From NCBI GenBank assembly GCA_050613775.1, contig JBODTK010000154.1:186001-250000 (forward strand): DNA of 64,000 nucleotides. Reading direction: 5' to 3'. This DNA comes from Neocallimastix sp. 'constans'. Its lineage: Eukaryota. The notes below the pieces were generated by a model. It worked only from the letters and a program-made list of their open reading frames with translations, did no database searches and was not told where the DNA came from. This document shows, in pieces, positions 27,601 to 42,128 of the stretch. Both the position numbers and the translations under genes were made by a program. Positions within the stretch are counted from its first letter, which is position 1, and each line of letters begins with the position of its first letter.

Positions 27601-28617
27601 ATCTCACTAATAATATTCCTACTATGTCACACTACTCATGAACTAAAGAATCAAGGAATTTGGATAAGAAATTAAATGGTAAAAAATCAAGTGAAATAAA
27701 GAAAAGAAATCTTACTGGGAAAGAGATGTCTTCAAACCTTCAAAAGCTAAAAAACAATTATTTACAAGGAGAATGATTTTGGATTTATTTCAGAAATCAA
27801 AGAATTAACATTTCAATATCCTAAGTATCAATTAGGATTCTTTTGGATTTCTCGAATTAGGTTTCACTTTAAATTTGACATTAGTATTTCCATTAAAAGA
27901 AAAATAGTCTCAGGAGATTACCCTAAATGTTGCCCATGTTGTGGTGTTAGTGTACTTAGCTTTTCTCACTGGATCTTTGCCTGTAAAGAATTAGAAAATT
28001 ACAGAAATAAATCTTTACCTTTTTTAGATGATCTCTTTTTGAAGTTTGCAATGATAATTGAACAAAAATCTTTGAATGTTTCTTTAGATTCAGAAAAGGA
28101 CTGTGATAATAATATTTATTAGCGGGTGTTCAATATATGAAAAAATTAAACTTAATGATGTGAAACAAAGACAATTAGTTGACAATATTTTTAAACAAAG
28201 TTCAACTTCGTCGACTGTTCCGTATTTTGTGGGGATTGCGGAGTTTTTAACAAACGTAATACCTTTAATTTGTCGATCTTATAGATTGATGATGAAATGG
28301 TATTCCGTTGAATCTACCGTTGCCAAGAGCGTCGACGTCGAAATGATAAGGCATGGATTTTCACCTCCCGGTGAAAAAAACTAATACAGATTCGTTAGAA
28401 AACACTAATTCTGAAATTATTACTCGCAATAACGGACGTCGTGTTATCATCGATGAATGGGAAAAGTTAGAGGCTATTGCTTCTAACGCACTTTTATAAT
28501 TTTACAATATATAATATTTTATTTCATGTATTTTATAATTTTTTTTTCTTTAAAATTATGTAATTTTATTATTATTATAAATTAAATAAAGTTTTCTCTA
28601 AATCTAAAAAAAAAAAA
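27601..28617 (+). mobile_element. 5'-truncated LINE (ORF2 C-terminus, 3' UTR, poly-A)
   Basis: YPKYQLGFFWISRIR, CCPCC...HWIFAC zinc finger and AKSVDVEMIRHG are homologous to the 10651 element; A tail at 28606-28617. Confidence 0.85.
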
Positions 28618-29320
28618 GGAAGACTATAGAAAGTGAACTTGATATTTTATATTGTTTTAAACTGGATATGTAGTAACATTGGAGTTATATAATTAATAAT
28701 ATCATGTAGTTTCTATATATTATTGTTTTTTTTTCTTTAGAGTTATATGTATTTTTCTATAGTATTATTTAAATTCTCACGTAGCTATTGTAAAATGAAA
28801 CTGTAGGAGATTGATTTACTCCAAAGCTTGTGTTTAATACTTTATTTAATAGATGAAAATCTTTTTATAGTTTTTCACTACTTACATTTTATATGCATTT
28901 TCATTTTAGTTTATATATGATTATTTTACAGAAAATTATTACATTATTCCGTGGTTTTTTAATAGATTAAAAAATCAAAAAATTTAAAGATAATAAAAAA
29001 AAAGAGAGAGAGAGAGAGAGAGATTATTCATTATAACAAAATATACAACTATTTTATTTTATTTAAATAATTATCAACTATAAAAAAATGAAAAAACTTC
29101 ATATTATTTTAATTTCCTTTTTTTTAATTTTTCTATATTTATATTTTTTTGTAAGGGAAAAGAATTACTAAATTCATTGATAGTTTCTTCAGGATAAAAG
29201 TAATCACTCCAAATTTCAACCACGAAAAATTTGAAAAAGTATTTGAAGAATCAATGTCTAGAGTCAGAATTTCATACTGTAGATGACCCAAATGGAATCA
29301 TAAGGTTTCTTAAAATTTTA

Positions 29321-29531
<211 letters not shown>

Positions 29532-29923
29532 CGACTATCGGTAGTAAAAGACACAAAGACAAAATAATACCTTTAATATTGTTTTGTATTAATAATTATT
29601 ATTAACACTTTATTTATTTAAGTTTTATATAAAAGGTAAAAGAGAGAGAGTACAGTTTTAAAGTATAACAATTGTTTACATAAATATATGATTAAAATTA
29701 ATTATGAATAAATACATGTGATGTCATATGTTAGAATAAATTTATATGTATATACATTTTTTATTAAATTAAATTTATGTTATTATATAATTATTATATA
29801 ATAATCTTGATTGTTAACAATTATTATTATTATTATTATTAAAAATATTTAATCACTTCAGGATTAGATTACCTCTTTTATAAATTTTAATAATTAAAGA
29901 TTAGTTTTACTTTCATAAAACAC

Positions 29924-30192
29924 GGGAGAGTTGCATTTCCCCAAATTGCATTTCGACAGGTTACATTTCAACAAGTGGAGTATTGATATAAATAAATGAA
30001 TAAATAAATAAATATTAATTCAAAATAACTTTTTTTTAAAATTGCTTTTATTCGATATTAATAATATTTATTTTTATTTATTGACTTATTTATTTATTTA
30101 ATAATTTTCAATTTGGCGAAATGCCACATTTTTGTAATACGCCACATGCTTTAAAAATGGCGAAATGCAACCTGGCGAAATGCACCATACCC
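29924..30192. mobile_element. Complete Mutator-like MITE, 269 bp
   Basis: TIRs GGGAGAGTTGCATTTC and GAAATGCACCATACCC; exact 9-bp TSD ATAAAACAC (29915-29923, 30193-30201); subterminal CATTTC repeats. Confidence 0.88.
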
Positions 30193-32575
30193 ATAAAACA
30201 CCATTTGATTTGATTTAAAGTTATTCAGAATAAATATAAAATGTTCCATTAGTAATATCTTAAATATATTAGTAATAAATTTATGATACTTTTCTAATAG
30301 TAACAAGCAACATTTAATTATATAAATATCAATTATTTTTACTTTAATTTTTCCTTGTAATTACTTTATTATTGATAATAATAAAAAAAATTTTTTTTAA
30401 TAAACAGATATTAATACAATCCATAAAAATAGTAAAATAAATTTTTTGTTTTAAATAATAAATAAATAAAATTAAATGTTAATAGATTTTATTCATGGTT
30501 ATAAGTTCAAAGATCATGAAAAAGCAGTAGTATTTGTTAATATTAATTATATATTTTATTTTATGATATAGTTATTATTTTTAATAACACATTAATATAT
30601 TTTTATTTAGAAATCAACAATGAAAATAGATTTAATTAATTTAATAAGGATTTATATGGTATATTAAAAAAAAAAAAAAAAATTAATATAATAAAAATTA
30701 AATAAGTTAAAAATTTTGTCGACTCTACTTTTTGGATCAATATTTTAATTACTAAAAAAAAATATTTATAACTTTATATTTTAATATATTTATTATTTAC
30801 AAGTTTAATTAATTATTGTTTAAAAATAATTCAGATAATCTATCTAAAAATTAAAGAACTTTAAATTGTAATATTTATTAGAAATTATATATATTAGTTA
30901 ATTGAGAAAACATATTATTAAATATTAGTTTATTATATATTAATATTAAATATCACATATTAATATAATATAAATGTAAAAAATAAAAAAATAAAAATAA
31001 AAAAAAAATAAAAAAAAAATCTAAACACTAAAAAAGTCTTTTATATTTTAATATATAAAACATATTATTTAATAACTCTTTAATAATATTTATTTAATGA
31101 TCAATATTATAGTATTCAAACATCTTGTATTTTAATATTGTTCTAATAATGATTTTTAAATAATTATTAACTCTAACTATAAACTTATATTTAATAATAA
31201 TAAAATAATAATTTACTATATAAAAGTATTCATAAAATTAATGATTTTTTTTATATTAATAACCTTTTGTGAAAATAATACTAAAATAATTATAATATTT
31301 TTCATTAAAATAATATTTAAATAATAATTTAGTAATATTTAATTAAAAAAATATATTTTAATATTTTTGTAAAAAGAGTAATAGAATAATTATTTAATAA
31401 TATTTAATTATAAAGATATATGTTAATATTAATTAATAATTATAATATTTCTTTTTCACAAAAATATTTAGTTTTAAAGATATATTTTTAGATATATATT
31501 TTGGGATGTGATACATTTGGCATATGGATTTCACCAAATTTTATTTTTAATGTGGCATATTATGAAAGATATATTAAAAAAAAAAAAAAATAAATACATT
31601 ATATAATTAATAAAATTTCCTTCTAAAAAAGACAAATAGATTATACCATCATTTAATTAATAAATAATATATATTATACGAATATAACCAAAAAAAAAAG
31701 AAAGAAAAAAAACCTAAAATAGTTTGTAATAATTTAATTTGATATTATGGAAATTATTTTAAACTGAAAATGAAGAAATATTATGATTTTTTCTTTTTAT
31801 TAAAATTATAGTTAAAAGTTGGAATTAATATATGAAACTTTAAAAAAAGTTGGAATAATATATGAAACTTTAAAATGGAAAAATTTATAATTATTTTTGA
31901 TAATAATTATTCTTAATTGAATAACATATATATTATTTCGAGTTTAAATGGAAAAAAAGAAAATAGAAAATATATTTAAATAATGACGAAAAAGGACAAA
32001 ATGTAATTAATCTGAAAAAAGAAATATACTATATATACATAATAATAATTATTCACATTTTTATTTTTAATATATAATATATACTAAAGCAAATTAATAT
32101 ATTTATTAATATATTTATTAAATTTGTATAATTTTTTATTATATTAAATTTATATAAATATTTTTATTATAATAAATTTATATAATTATTTTTTATTATA
32201 TCAAATTTATATAAATATTTTTTTATTATAATAAATTTAATTATTTTTTATTATATTAAATTTATATAAATATTTTTTTATTATAATAAATTTGTAATAA
32301 TTCTTTTTTTAAAAAAAGTTTAATATTACATGTTGAATATTAATTTATTAGCTTATTTTAAAAATATAAGATTATAAATGTGTTCCATCTTATTAAGAAA
32401 TAAAATAAATAATATATTAGAAAATTTTTGTTAAAAATTTTTGAAATATAATATATTAAATAATATTAGTATTACAGTTACAGAGATAATATTTATCTTT
32501 TATTATTTAATTTATAATTTAAAAAATTCTTCACCATTTTACTTTTTTAGTGTTTTAAAATTTAATAATAATAAT

Positions 32576-32616
<41 letters not shown>

Positions 32617-32756
32617 TAATAAATATAATAAAAATTAATAATTTCATTAAATATCATGTAATTCAATAATATTATATTTAAGTTCTTAGTAAATAATTTT
32701 ACCTTCTATTCTCTAAAATAATGTTTTTATTTTCAATTTCATTATAATTTTTATAT

Positions 32757-32796
<40 letters not shown>

Positions 32797-33729
32797 TTTT
32801 ATTTTTAAAAAAATAATGCATCAGAATATATATATATATATATATATAATTATGTATTTAAAATAAAGTATTTTATGATTAGGATTATTAAATACTTTTT
32901 GGGCGACTTGGGTTTCTCTTTTTAAATTTTGATTAATCATTTGTATAAAATTGAGTTTTTCAATCTGAATAGGTTTTAGAAGATTTAATTTATTACTTTT
33001 AAAATATTATTAAAAAAATAGACAAATAAACAAATAAACACATAAACAATTAAAAAGAAATAAATAAAAAAAAAATTAAAATAAATAAATTAAATTAATA
33101 AATAAATAAATAAAAAAAATAAGATTTTTTATATTACTTATTTAAATGAATATAAGTCCATATTTGTGTTTCTTTTTTTTTGTTATTTTTTGTGAAATTT
33201 AGAGTATTTGTTTTTCTTGAACCTTTCATTTTAAAGTATAGATTAATATATAATTCTATAAAATATTTCTTAAAGATATTCTGAAACGTTTTATATATAT
33301 ATATATTTTAAATGAAAAAATGAAGTTAAGTAACAATAGAAAATAATAAAAAAAAAAAGTTCAATATATATATACTATATTTTTATAATTTATGATAAGT
33401 TTAATTAATATCTATAAGAGCATAAATTTTTTTTATTATAGTTATATATATAATATTATGCAATTAAATTATATTATGGCATAATTAAAGGAAAAATTTT
33501 TATAATTATAAAAAATAAATATATAATTTATTTGTATGTACTAAAAATATAAAAATATGTAATAGAAATAATAATATTAATTAAATTATTACCTTCTTTA
33601 TTTGTTATTTCTCAATCTAAAATATTTAATAAATTATATTATTAATGATTTTATTTTTCAAAATTTTTTTTATATTTATTTATTTATTTATTTATTTATT
33701 TATGTTTTGAATATTAATATTAATATTCA

Positions 33730-34790
33730 TAAGCAATAGATCTCCTCATGAATAGTCCGGTCTAAAATTACATATCTGCCGCCACTTGAGAAGCTATGAT
33801 TCCTTCAATTGTTAATCTATGACGAGCATATGATATTTTTATTCATTTTGTTACTTTTTGTTTATTTTGATTATCTTTTTTTTTTTTATTTTTTTTATTT
33901 ATTTATTTTTTTTTTTTTTTTTTGTATTTTTCATTTTTTATATTATATTTTAATGATGTTATATTTTAAATATGATAAAAAAAATTAATGTCAACATAAA
34001 TTATTATTTATTTTTAGTGATGAATTGGAATTCAAAGAATTTTATTTAATTAACTTCTGGAACTAATAACTGGTTTCTAGAGCTGTCTTAAATGTGGTTT
34101 TTTGTCAGCAGTAACGCCATAACAAATAAAAGAATCACTCATTTCAGTAATTGAATCATCAACTTCAAAAGTAAAATATTAATTAAATTGATTAACTTAT
34201 TAAATTTATGGTTCAATAAATAATGATTTATTATTATTTTCGGTATCTCATTTTCTATATCTGAAAATGAATAATATGGGGAACCAAATAGTTGAAGCCA
34301 GGAAGGAACTAAAAATTTAACAATAACGACTAATAATAACACTTTAACAATAAAAACTTTTGTTTTAATTTCAGTTTCATTTAAATGAAATTTCTTTTAT
34401 TGATGTTCAAATACCTTCAATTAATAAAAAAAAAGATTTATTTTAAACGTTATATCTATAAAATTAAATTTTAAGATATTTTATTATATGAAATTTTATA
34501 AGAAAAAATATATTAATATGCTTTTTTTCTTTCTAGAAAAAAAGCATAATAACTGTGGGTCTGAGAGGATTGGACAAGAATTTTCATTTAATATATTTAG
34601 GAGGAAATTCTAATCATATGGTGATATAAACATGTTGATAAATTCTACAAAAGCATCCTTTCTGACTAATATGCAATTATCAAATGAGCTAGAACATTTT
34701 ATCTCATTGAGTTAGGTTATATTGGCCTCTCATCAAAGGGAAGTTAGGAACTGGAGAAGCACTTCGAGAAAAAGCATACTAGAAAATATA
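33730..34790 (-). pseudogene. Possible decayed multi-exon gene of unknown identity
   Basis: GC-richer islands give protein-like minus-strand reads broken by stops (YAFSRSASPVPNFPLMRGQ; KDAFVEFINMFYITI*LEFPPKYIK; SSFLASTIWFPILFIFRYRK; ISYARHRLTIEGIIASQVAAD). No family was recognised. Confidence 0.3.
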
Positions 34791-35254
34791 TATTTTATAA
34801 AATATATAAAAATATATATACATAATAAAATGTTATAAAATTAATATATATTAGTAATAAAATAAAAGTTTTTTAATATAATAAATTATTAATAATACTC
34901 AATTAATTTCATATTTTTATGAATTTATTAATTTCCTATGTTCTAGTGTTATTTTTACTAGTCACAGTTACAATAGTTTATCAATTTGCAATTAACATAA
35001 TTTTTTTAATATATTTTTGTGTTTATAATAAATTAATTTTTGTATACAAATAAAAACTTTAATTAAAGTTTTTATTTGTATTCTATATCTACCTCTTATG
35101 TATTGGGATTTACATCACTATCAATTATAATTTGCTTTAAAGATTAACTCTAACCTTTATATAATTTTGCTTTGTTGGTTAATTTTGCTAATTTTCACTA
35201 TTTCTATTCAAAAAAAATTTTTTTAGTTTAAACAAACAAACAAACAAACAAACA

Positions 35255-35285
<31 letters not shown>

Positions 35286-35351
35286 AATAGAAGAAGAATT
35301 TTATTATGTAAAATTAATTAAATAAAGATAACTTTGAGGATAACTTAATTC

Positions 35352-35391
<40 letters not shown>

Positions 35392-35595
35392 TAAAAGGAA
35401 GTTTTTTAGTCTGGTATTACACTTATTTAATATTATTTAATATTGTTATGATTAATGTTTTAATTTTTTTTTTTTTATTTTCAATTTTATTCAGTAATTA
35501 ATTTTCTAATCAAAATCATAAATGAGATATGAAAAGAGAAATGAATAAAGCAATTAAGATTATTAAACTTATCAAATAAATTTTATAATAACATA

Positions 35596-35838
35596 TTTTT
35601 TTTTTTTTTTTTTTTTTAACGACCGTAGCAGGATTTCTCCCCAGCTGCACATCCGTAGACACACAATGGTTTATTACTAGAGCCCTTATCTATCTTCCTA
35701 CTTAGTAGGTGGTCCCGTCCCTGCTGGACTGCCTCACAGTTACTCTGCATTGGCGCTTCTTACCCAAGTATAATTACTGCTTGTCATTGTACGATAATCT
35801 TACAATTGGGTCTTACAGCCACAATCTCAGGGATCACG
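35596..35838 (-). mobile_element. LINE 3'-end fragment with poly-A, minus strand
   Basis: T run at 35596-35617. The minus strand contains aagcgccaatgcagagtaactgtgaggcagtccagcaggg, matching the LINE ends at 12781 and 19902. Confidence 0.75.
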
Positions 35839-36070
35839 ATATTTTATAAAATATTAATTTAAATATATAATTATTTTATATCTACATTATTTTCATTATT
35901 TAATTTAAATATATTTTATTCTTAAACCTGTTAAATTATATAAAAAAAATTTCTTTTTTCTTTCTTTCTTTTTTTTTTTTTTTTCATTATTTTTTTCTCT
36001 TTGTTATTAATTTATTTGATTTTTCAATTTTTATTTTATTTTAAGCATTAACTACTGATATTTTTTAATC

Positions 36071-36102
36071 ATTTAAAATTCATGTGTTATATATTATTAT
36101 AT

Positions 36103-36146
<44 letters not shown>

Positions 36147-36280
36147 CAGTAATCCTTTTATGAAAGCTTGATACCAAAAAAAAAAAAAAAAATTATTCTT
36201 AGTATCCAAGTTATCCTATAAAAGCATTACTGAATAAAAAAAAATAAAAAAAGTAATAATATAAAACTCTAAATTTAAAT
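36071..36280. repeat. Imperfect fold-back (inverted repeat) element
   Basis: ttcagtaatccttttatgaaagcttgatac pairs with gtatccaagttatcctataaaagcattactgaa; the arms extend outward through the T and A runs. Confidence 0.6.
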
Positions 36281-37534
36281 ATAAATTAAAATAATGTCAA
36301 AATATATTTAAGCTACCAAATTTATTTAATAGCTGTATAATAGTTAAAATATTATATAATTTATATATTCATAATTTTAAATATATTATTATTATTAAAA
36401 ATTTTTTATGACTATTTTTCAATGAATATTAAAATGAATAATCTTTAATAGCTACTCAATTGAAGTTATATATATTTCTATTTTATACAAACTTGAGATT
36501 TCATTAATTAAATTACAATAAAATTTTTATAATTAGTAAATATATTATATTAAATTTTATTTTATTATTTTATTGTATTTATTTTTCCAATGTAATTCAT
36601 ATTTTTTTTTTAAAAAATAATAAAAGTCATAAAAGCTTTTAATATTAATAATAAAAAATATTACAATAAAGAATAAATAAATTAAATAATGACTATAATA
36701 AGTATAATTTTTAATAGTCTCAAAATGCATTTATTGTAAAACATAATAATAAAATTTATTATTATTTACGATATATATTTATTATAATAAAGTAATAATC
36801 ATGTAATTTATTTTTAAAAGTTTCGTATTATGAAAATTATAAAATAATAATAATAATAATATAATTATTTTTATTAATATTCAAGTATTTATTTCAGCAA
36901 TAATTATGTATGATATATATATATATATAATATTGTATCATAAAATAAAACTCATTAATAAATAATTCAAAATTAAATATAAAACTCTTTGCTCTTTTTT
37001 TTTTTTTTTTTTTTTTATAATATATGTATAACATTAATTCATTTAAATATAATTTTTTTTTAATTTCTTATCTAGTCATTTTTATATTTTATATTTATTT
37101 ATTTTTATTTTCAATTATTATAATTAATATATAATACAATTATCTAATTATGTTAATATTTGTAATGCAATAAAAATTGATAGTTACTAATTATTAATAA
37201 TATATATATGTTGTTAATATCCGTTGTTTATTGACAAAATATGAATTTTTTTTTTTTTTGAAGTAGAGTAATATTTTAAATAAAAAAACCTCTAAAAATA
37301 TGTATTTAATTATCTTTTTTATATAATGCATATAAAAATTTGTTAAATACTATAACATAAAAAGATTATTAATAATAGTTAAAGATATTATTTATAATTA
37401 AATAATTAAATAAGTATTAGATTATTTGATAATTTTATATAATAGTTCATTAATATTTGAATTATTAATATTTTTAAATGTTATTTTAATTAATATTTTT
37501 AGACATTCATTTAAATAATAAATATCTAAAATAT

Positions 37535-38248
37535 TTATTGAATATGAATAGATTTTGTCTGTTCTTTCTTTGATGGTTCAATCTTACTTAGAATAATTTT
37601 TAATACAAAATTCTCCATTGTAGCCTTTATAGAATTCATATTTGCATTTTCTGGAATATTAAAAGATCTTTCGAATTTACTATAAGTACATTCTGTTTTG
37701 GAATATTTCTTATTATTTTCTTGTTTTGTTTCTTGCTTAGTTTTTTCTTCTGTTTTAATTTATTTATTATCATTGGCATTAATATTACCAATAAAATTTA
37801 GTATTAGTATTAATATTAGTGTTATTATTGAAATTTTCTTTAACATCCTTCTTTTCATTTTCATTACTTTCATTATCTCTAAAATGACCAATGACAGTTT
37901 TTCTTTCACAAGAAATAGTTAAAATACGATCATTATTTGAGAATCCATTTTAATTTGATTTTTGGACATACCTGGTAAATCAGAATGAATATAATAAATC
38001 TTTTCGTCATCTCTAAGGTTAATTTTTGGACGAAAATCAACAGAATTAAATACATAACTATCAAAAGCCTTAGAAATTTGATTTTCAAAAGAATCTACGG
38101 GAGTAGAATGTAGTAAGGGTAAAACGAGGGGAATAATATCAAAGGATGACGAAGTAATAGATTTTCCTAATCAAAGAAAAATGGATAATTTAACTAAAGA
38201 ATTATTTTTTTTGACAGTTAATGGATATTCATGAATGAATAAAGACAT
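37535..38248 (-). pseudogene. Small heat-shock protein (Hsp20/alpha-crystallin family) pseudogene
   Basis: Manual translation: MSLFIHEYP...FRPKINLRDDEKIYYIHSDLPGMSKNQIKMD / NDRILTISCERK...YSKTECTYSKFERSFNIPENANMNSIKATMENFVLKIILSKIEP...TKSIHIQ*. It has two in-frame stops and two frameshifts (about 37940 and 37795). Confidence 0.88.
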
Positions 38249-39145
38249 TTTTTTTAATTAATATTGTTATTAATTATTTTATAAAATTTATTCTGATATT
38301 AATATTATAATTTACTTTTATCTTTTTTTTTTTTTTTTTTTTTTTTTTATACTGTTTCGTTTTTGTTTTTGTATATATAAAACTTTTAGTATTAATTTTA
38401 AATTTAATAAATAATATTTATTAAATATATTTATTATTTTTAATTATCTTAGAAAAAAATTTATTAAATGAAATTAACAATAATTATTACTTTTTTTCTT
38501 CTTTTATTTCTATTAAAATATATATATATAAATTTATTTTTAATATTTTTATTAAAAAATCATAGAAATAAGTATTAAAAAAAAGAAAAATAATAAATAA
38601 AGTATTAATAAATATATTTAATTATAACTTATGAATTTTTACATTTTTCCTTTTATTCTTTTATTATTCTTTTATTTTTTATTTTTTATTTTTTCTTTCT
38701 TTCTTTTTTACTTTCTTTCTTTCTTTCTATATTATTAAAATACAACTTCATTTTTCAAAAAAATTAAATGGATTATCTCCTTAAATCTATTAATGGAATG
38801 TAAAATGAAATACTAATATATATTTTTTTTCTCTTTCAATAAATTTCTATTCAAAAAAAATATTTTTTAGTTTAAATAAATAAATAAATATATATATATA
38901 TATATAAAGGTAATGTATTTAATCAATTACAATAAAATAAATAAATAAAATAAAACAATATATTAGTAAAATACTAATATAATATTTTATCTTATTTGAA
39001 CATATTTGTTTCATTTTATTTAATATTGTTTTTAAAAAAAATTATAAATATTATATTTTTTCCTATTAAATAAGCTTTTTTTTTTATTTATATACTTTTT
39101 TTTTCTTGATAATTTAAATATTTTATTCAATTTATATAATCAAAA

Positions 39146-39185
<40 letters not shown>

Positions 39186-39391
39186 TTTTTAAAACTTAAT
39201 TTAATACTGAAAATAATTGGTCCCTTTTTTATTAATTAAATTCTATATTATTTAAAATATTATATAATTATTAGAGTTAATATTGGTAAATAATATATAT
39301 TAATAAAATAATGTCTCATTAAGTTTAATAAATATAAATATATTTTTTAAATAAAATTTCTTTTTTTTATGTTTATTTTTGAAATTTTAAC

Positions 39392-39842
39392 GCCATGTTG
39401 GTCCAGTCGGTTAGGACGATACAGGTCACTGTAGAGGGCGGGGTTCGAATCCTCGGCATGGCACCAAATAATCGGATGAGGTTTCTATCCTGGGATATCA
39501 TGAGACCACACGTGATGTTCATAAGGCTTTCCCTCAGATGATTATTTCACCCAACCCTGATACTACGCTTTGAATTGAAGCATAGACCTTGATGATTGTA
39601 AAATTTCCAATCGCCAATGATTACACCCACTAGGGAGGAGTTAATGGTTCCGTTCTGATGCTCGTGGTCATTAGAGATATATGTAGGAACGTTAGGAATA
39701 CATCTCCGGGCAGTGTGTAACGACGATTGAGAGCGGCGAAGCTGATACAGTATGCCAATAACTCATCACCTTACAGTTAATTAATAACTGTATGGCCATA
39801 TGGGAGATGGGTACCCATATGTGCAAGTCTATGTTTTTTGTT
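39392..39842 (+). mobile_element. tRNA-derived SINE, about 451 bp
   Basis: tRNA-like head at 39392-39466 with A box TGGTCCAGTCGG, B box GGTTCGAATCC, acceptor stem GCCATGT/GCATGGC and ACCA end. GC-rich body, T-rich tail, and a 16-bp TSD TTTTTGAAATTTTAAC (39376-39391, 39843-39858). Confidence 0.88.
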
Positions 39843-41932
39843 TTTTTGAAATTTTAACATGGTTATTTAGAATTAAGAAAAAAAGCTTATTAAATTCTGT
39901 GTTATTGCTAAATATTATATGTTATACATATTAATAATTTAATCAATTAATAGAATTATTTATTAAAAATTTTCATATCTTCTTAGTTATTTACTCATGT
40001 AAAATCATTAACTTGAAATAAATATTATTAATGAGTTTATGATATTATTTTAAATTTCCTTTTAAAGTAACATAATATAATAATGATTGGCAATATTAAA
40101 ACTTATTATAAGGATTTAATTAACTCATATTAATTTTTTAATTAAGCATGTACTTCTTTTATAAAATATAAAGTCATATTACTCATTTTATATGCAAAAT
40201 ATTGAAATTTTAACTTGAAAAAATGAGTCAATGGAAAGATACTTTTTAAATATCTATAATATAAGTAAAATAAAAAAAATCAAATAATATTTTTAATGAA
40301 ACATTTTGAAAAATGTTGATTTTTACAATTATAAATTATTTTATTTCATTATAAAAATTAAAATTTAACTCCAATTTGTATCCCAAATTTTGATATATTG
40401 TTCCTTTGTTTTATTTCATATTAATTTGTTTATTATTTATATATATATATTATTAATCCCTATTTTCCTTATATATTGATATTTATATAATTTAAAAATT
40501 TAATAAAATTTTTAATTTTTTTTTTATTTTTTAAAAAAAAAAATTTTAAAATAATAAAAAATTAATATATCATTAATACTATTAATTATTATTTATTTAT
40601 TTATTTATTCATTTATTTATTTATTTATTATTTTTGATATATATTATAATTTTCAAATTTATATCAACGTCAGCTCTTTTATATTTTTATTGAAATTATT
40701 ATATTATATTTTAAATTATATATATAACAAATATATATAATTATATTTTTGTTATTGTTAAATATATTATTTAGTATAAAATATATATTGACTATTATAT
40801 TTATTTTACTATTGTACTTATTTTTAAACTTCGTTGGTTATTAGTTATTAATTTTAATATTATATATTTATTTTATTAAATATTTTTTTTAAAATAACAA
40901 ATAAAAATTAAACATTATTCTTTATATACTTATTCTGTAAAGATGGAAAGCATATTAATATTTCATATGATGAATATATAAATTCTTTGGTTTTTAATTT
41001 TTATTTATTGTATTTTTATTTTGTTATTTTATTACTTTATTAAATTTCAATTTAATTTTATTTGAAGCTTTTATTGATATAATAAAACAATGAGTCATAA
41101 GTTTAATGAAAAAATAATGAAAAAATTATAAGAACATTATTTTTTTTTAATTAAAATTTTGGATTATTGGGTTATAAAATAATTTTTTGAATATTATTAT
41201 TATTAGTTTTTCTATAAATTTTTGAATTTTTGAATTTATCATAAATATATATAATATAATATATATATATAAATATATATATATATTTTAAAAAAAATAA
41301 TTAATATATGTTGAATTAAATATATATTTATGATATAAATAATTAATTAATTAAATACTTTCAAATATTTAAAAGTATACTGGATTAATATATAATATAA
41401 AATTAAAAGTTTAAATATAATTAATTTATTAAAAATAACATTATAATCTTTGATTCTATTGTTTAATGTTTTAAGAATTAATTTATATAATATACTTTTA
41501 TTCATAAAAGGATATAAAAAATGAAAATTATGTTTTGGAACGGTTCAGTTAATCGATATCAATATAATATTAGAATTAATGATAAATGTTATTCCAAAAA
41601 AAATTTTACTGTGTTTACTCAAGTGAAACCAAATGTAACAAATATTAAATTAATAATTTTAATTTATAATGAATATTCCATGATACATTTATAAAAAAAA
41701 AAAAAAAAAAAAAGAAAAAAAAAATAATATAATATATATTTATATTTAAATCAATAGTTAAATTAAATTAATCCTTGAAATATTTATTTATTTTGTTAAA
41801 AATTAAGTTTAAAATAAATAAATATAAATTATTTTCATATTATATATATATATTTTTATTAATATTTTATATTTTAATATATTCAAATAATTATTGATAT
41901 TATGAAATTAATAATTTTTTTTTTTGGAAAAG

Positions 41933-42026
41933 TATAAAAAGTAGAACTTTTTTCTTTTTTTACCATATTTATTTCAAACTATTAAATAAAAAATTATTTA
42001 ATAATAAATTTTCTCTGGTAGAAAAT
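41933..42026 (+). promoter_or_regulatory. TATA box plus CNGGN-loop hairpin upstream of GH6 copy 5
   Basis: TATAAAAAG at 41933; stem ATTTTCT/AGAAAAT with loop CTGGT at 42015-42019. Confidence 0.7.
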
Positions 42027-42128
42027 AAATAAATAAAGATAGAAAAATAACAAAAAAACAAAATAAAAAGGTATTAAATTTTCTTTAATTTTATTTTTAT
42101 TTGTATTTAAAAAAAAAAATTTATCAAA

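Noticed and set aside
37698..37922. 74-aa hydrophobic plus-strand ORF
   Set aside because: It is the antisense shadow of the Hsp20 pseudogene.
39392..39466. Functional tRNA gene
   Set aside because: The anticodon loop is only 4 nt, no terminator follows the cloverleaf directly, and it sits inside a TSD-flanked element.
39650..39745. Hammerhead ribozyme in the SINE body (CTGATG)
   Set aside because: It reads CTGATGC rather than CTGATGA, and I found no GAAA core with matching stems.
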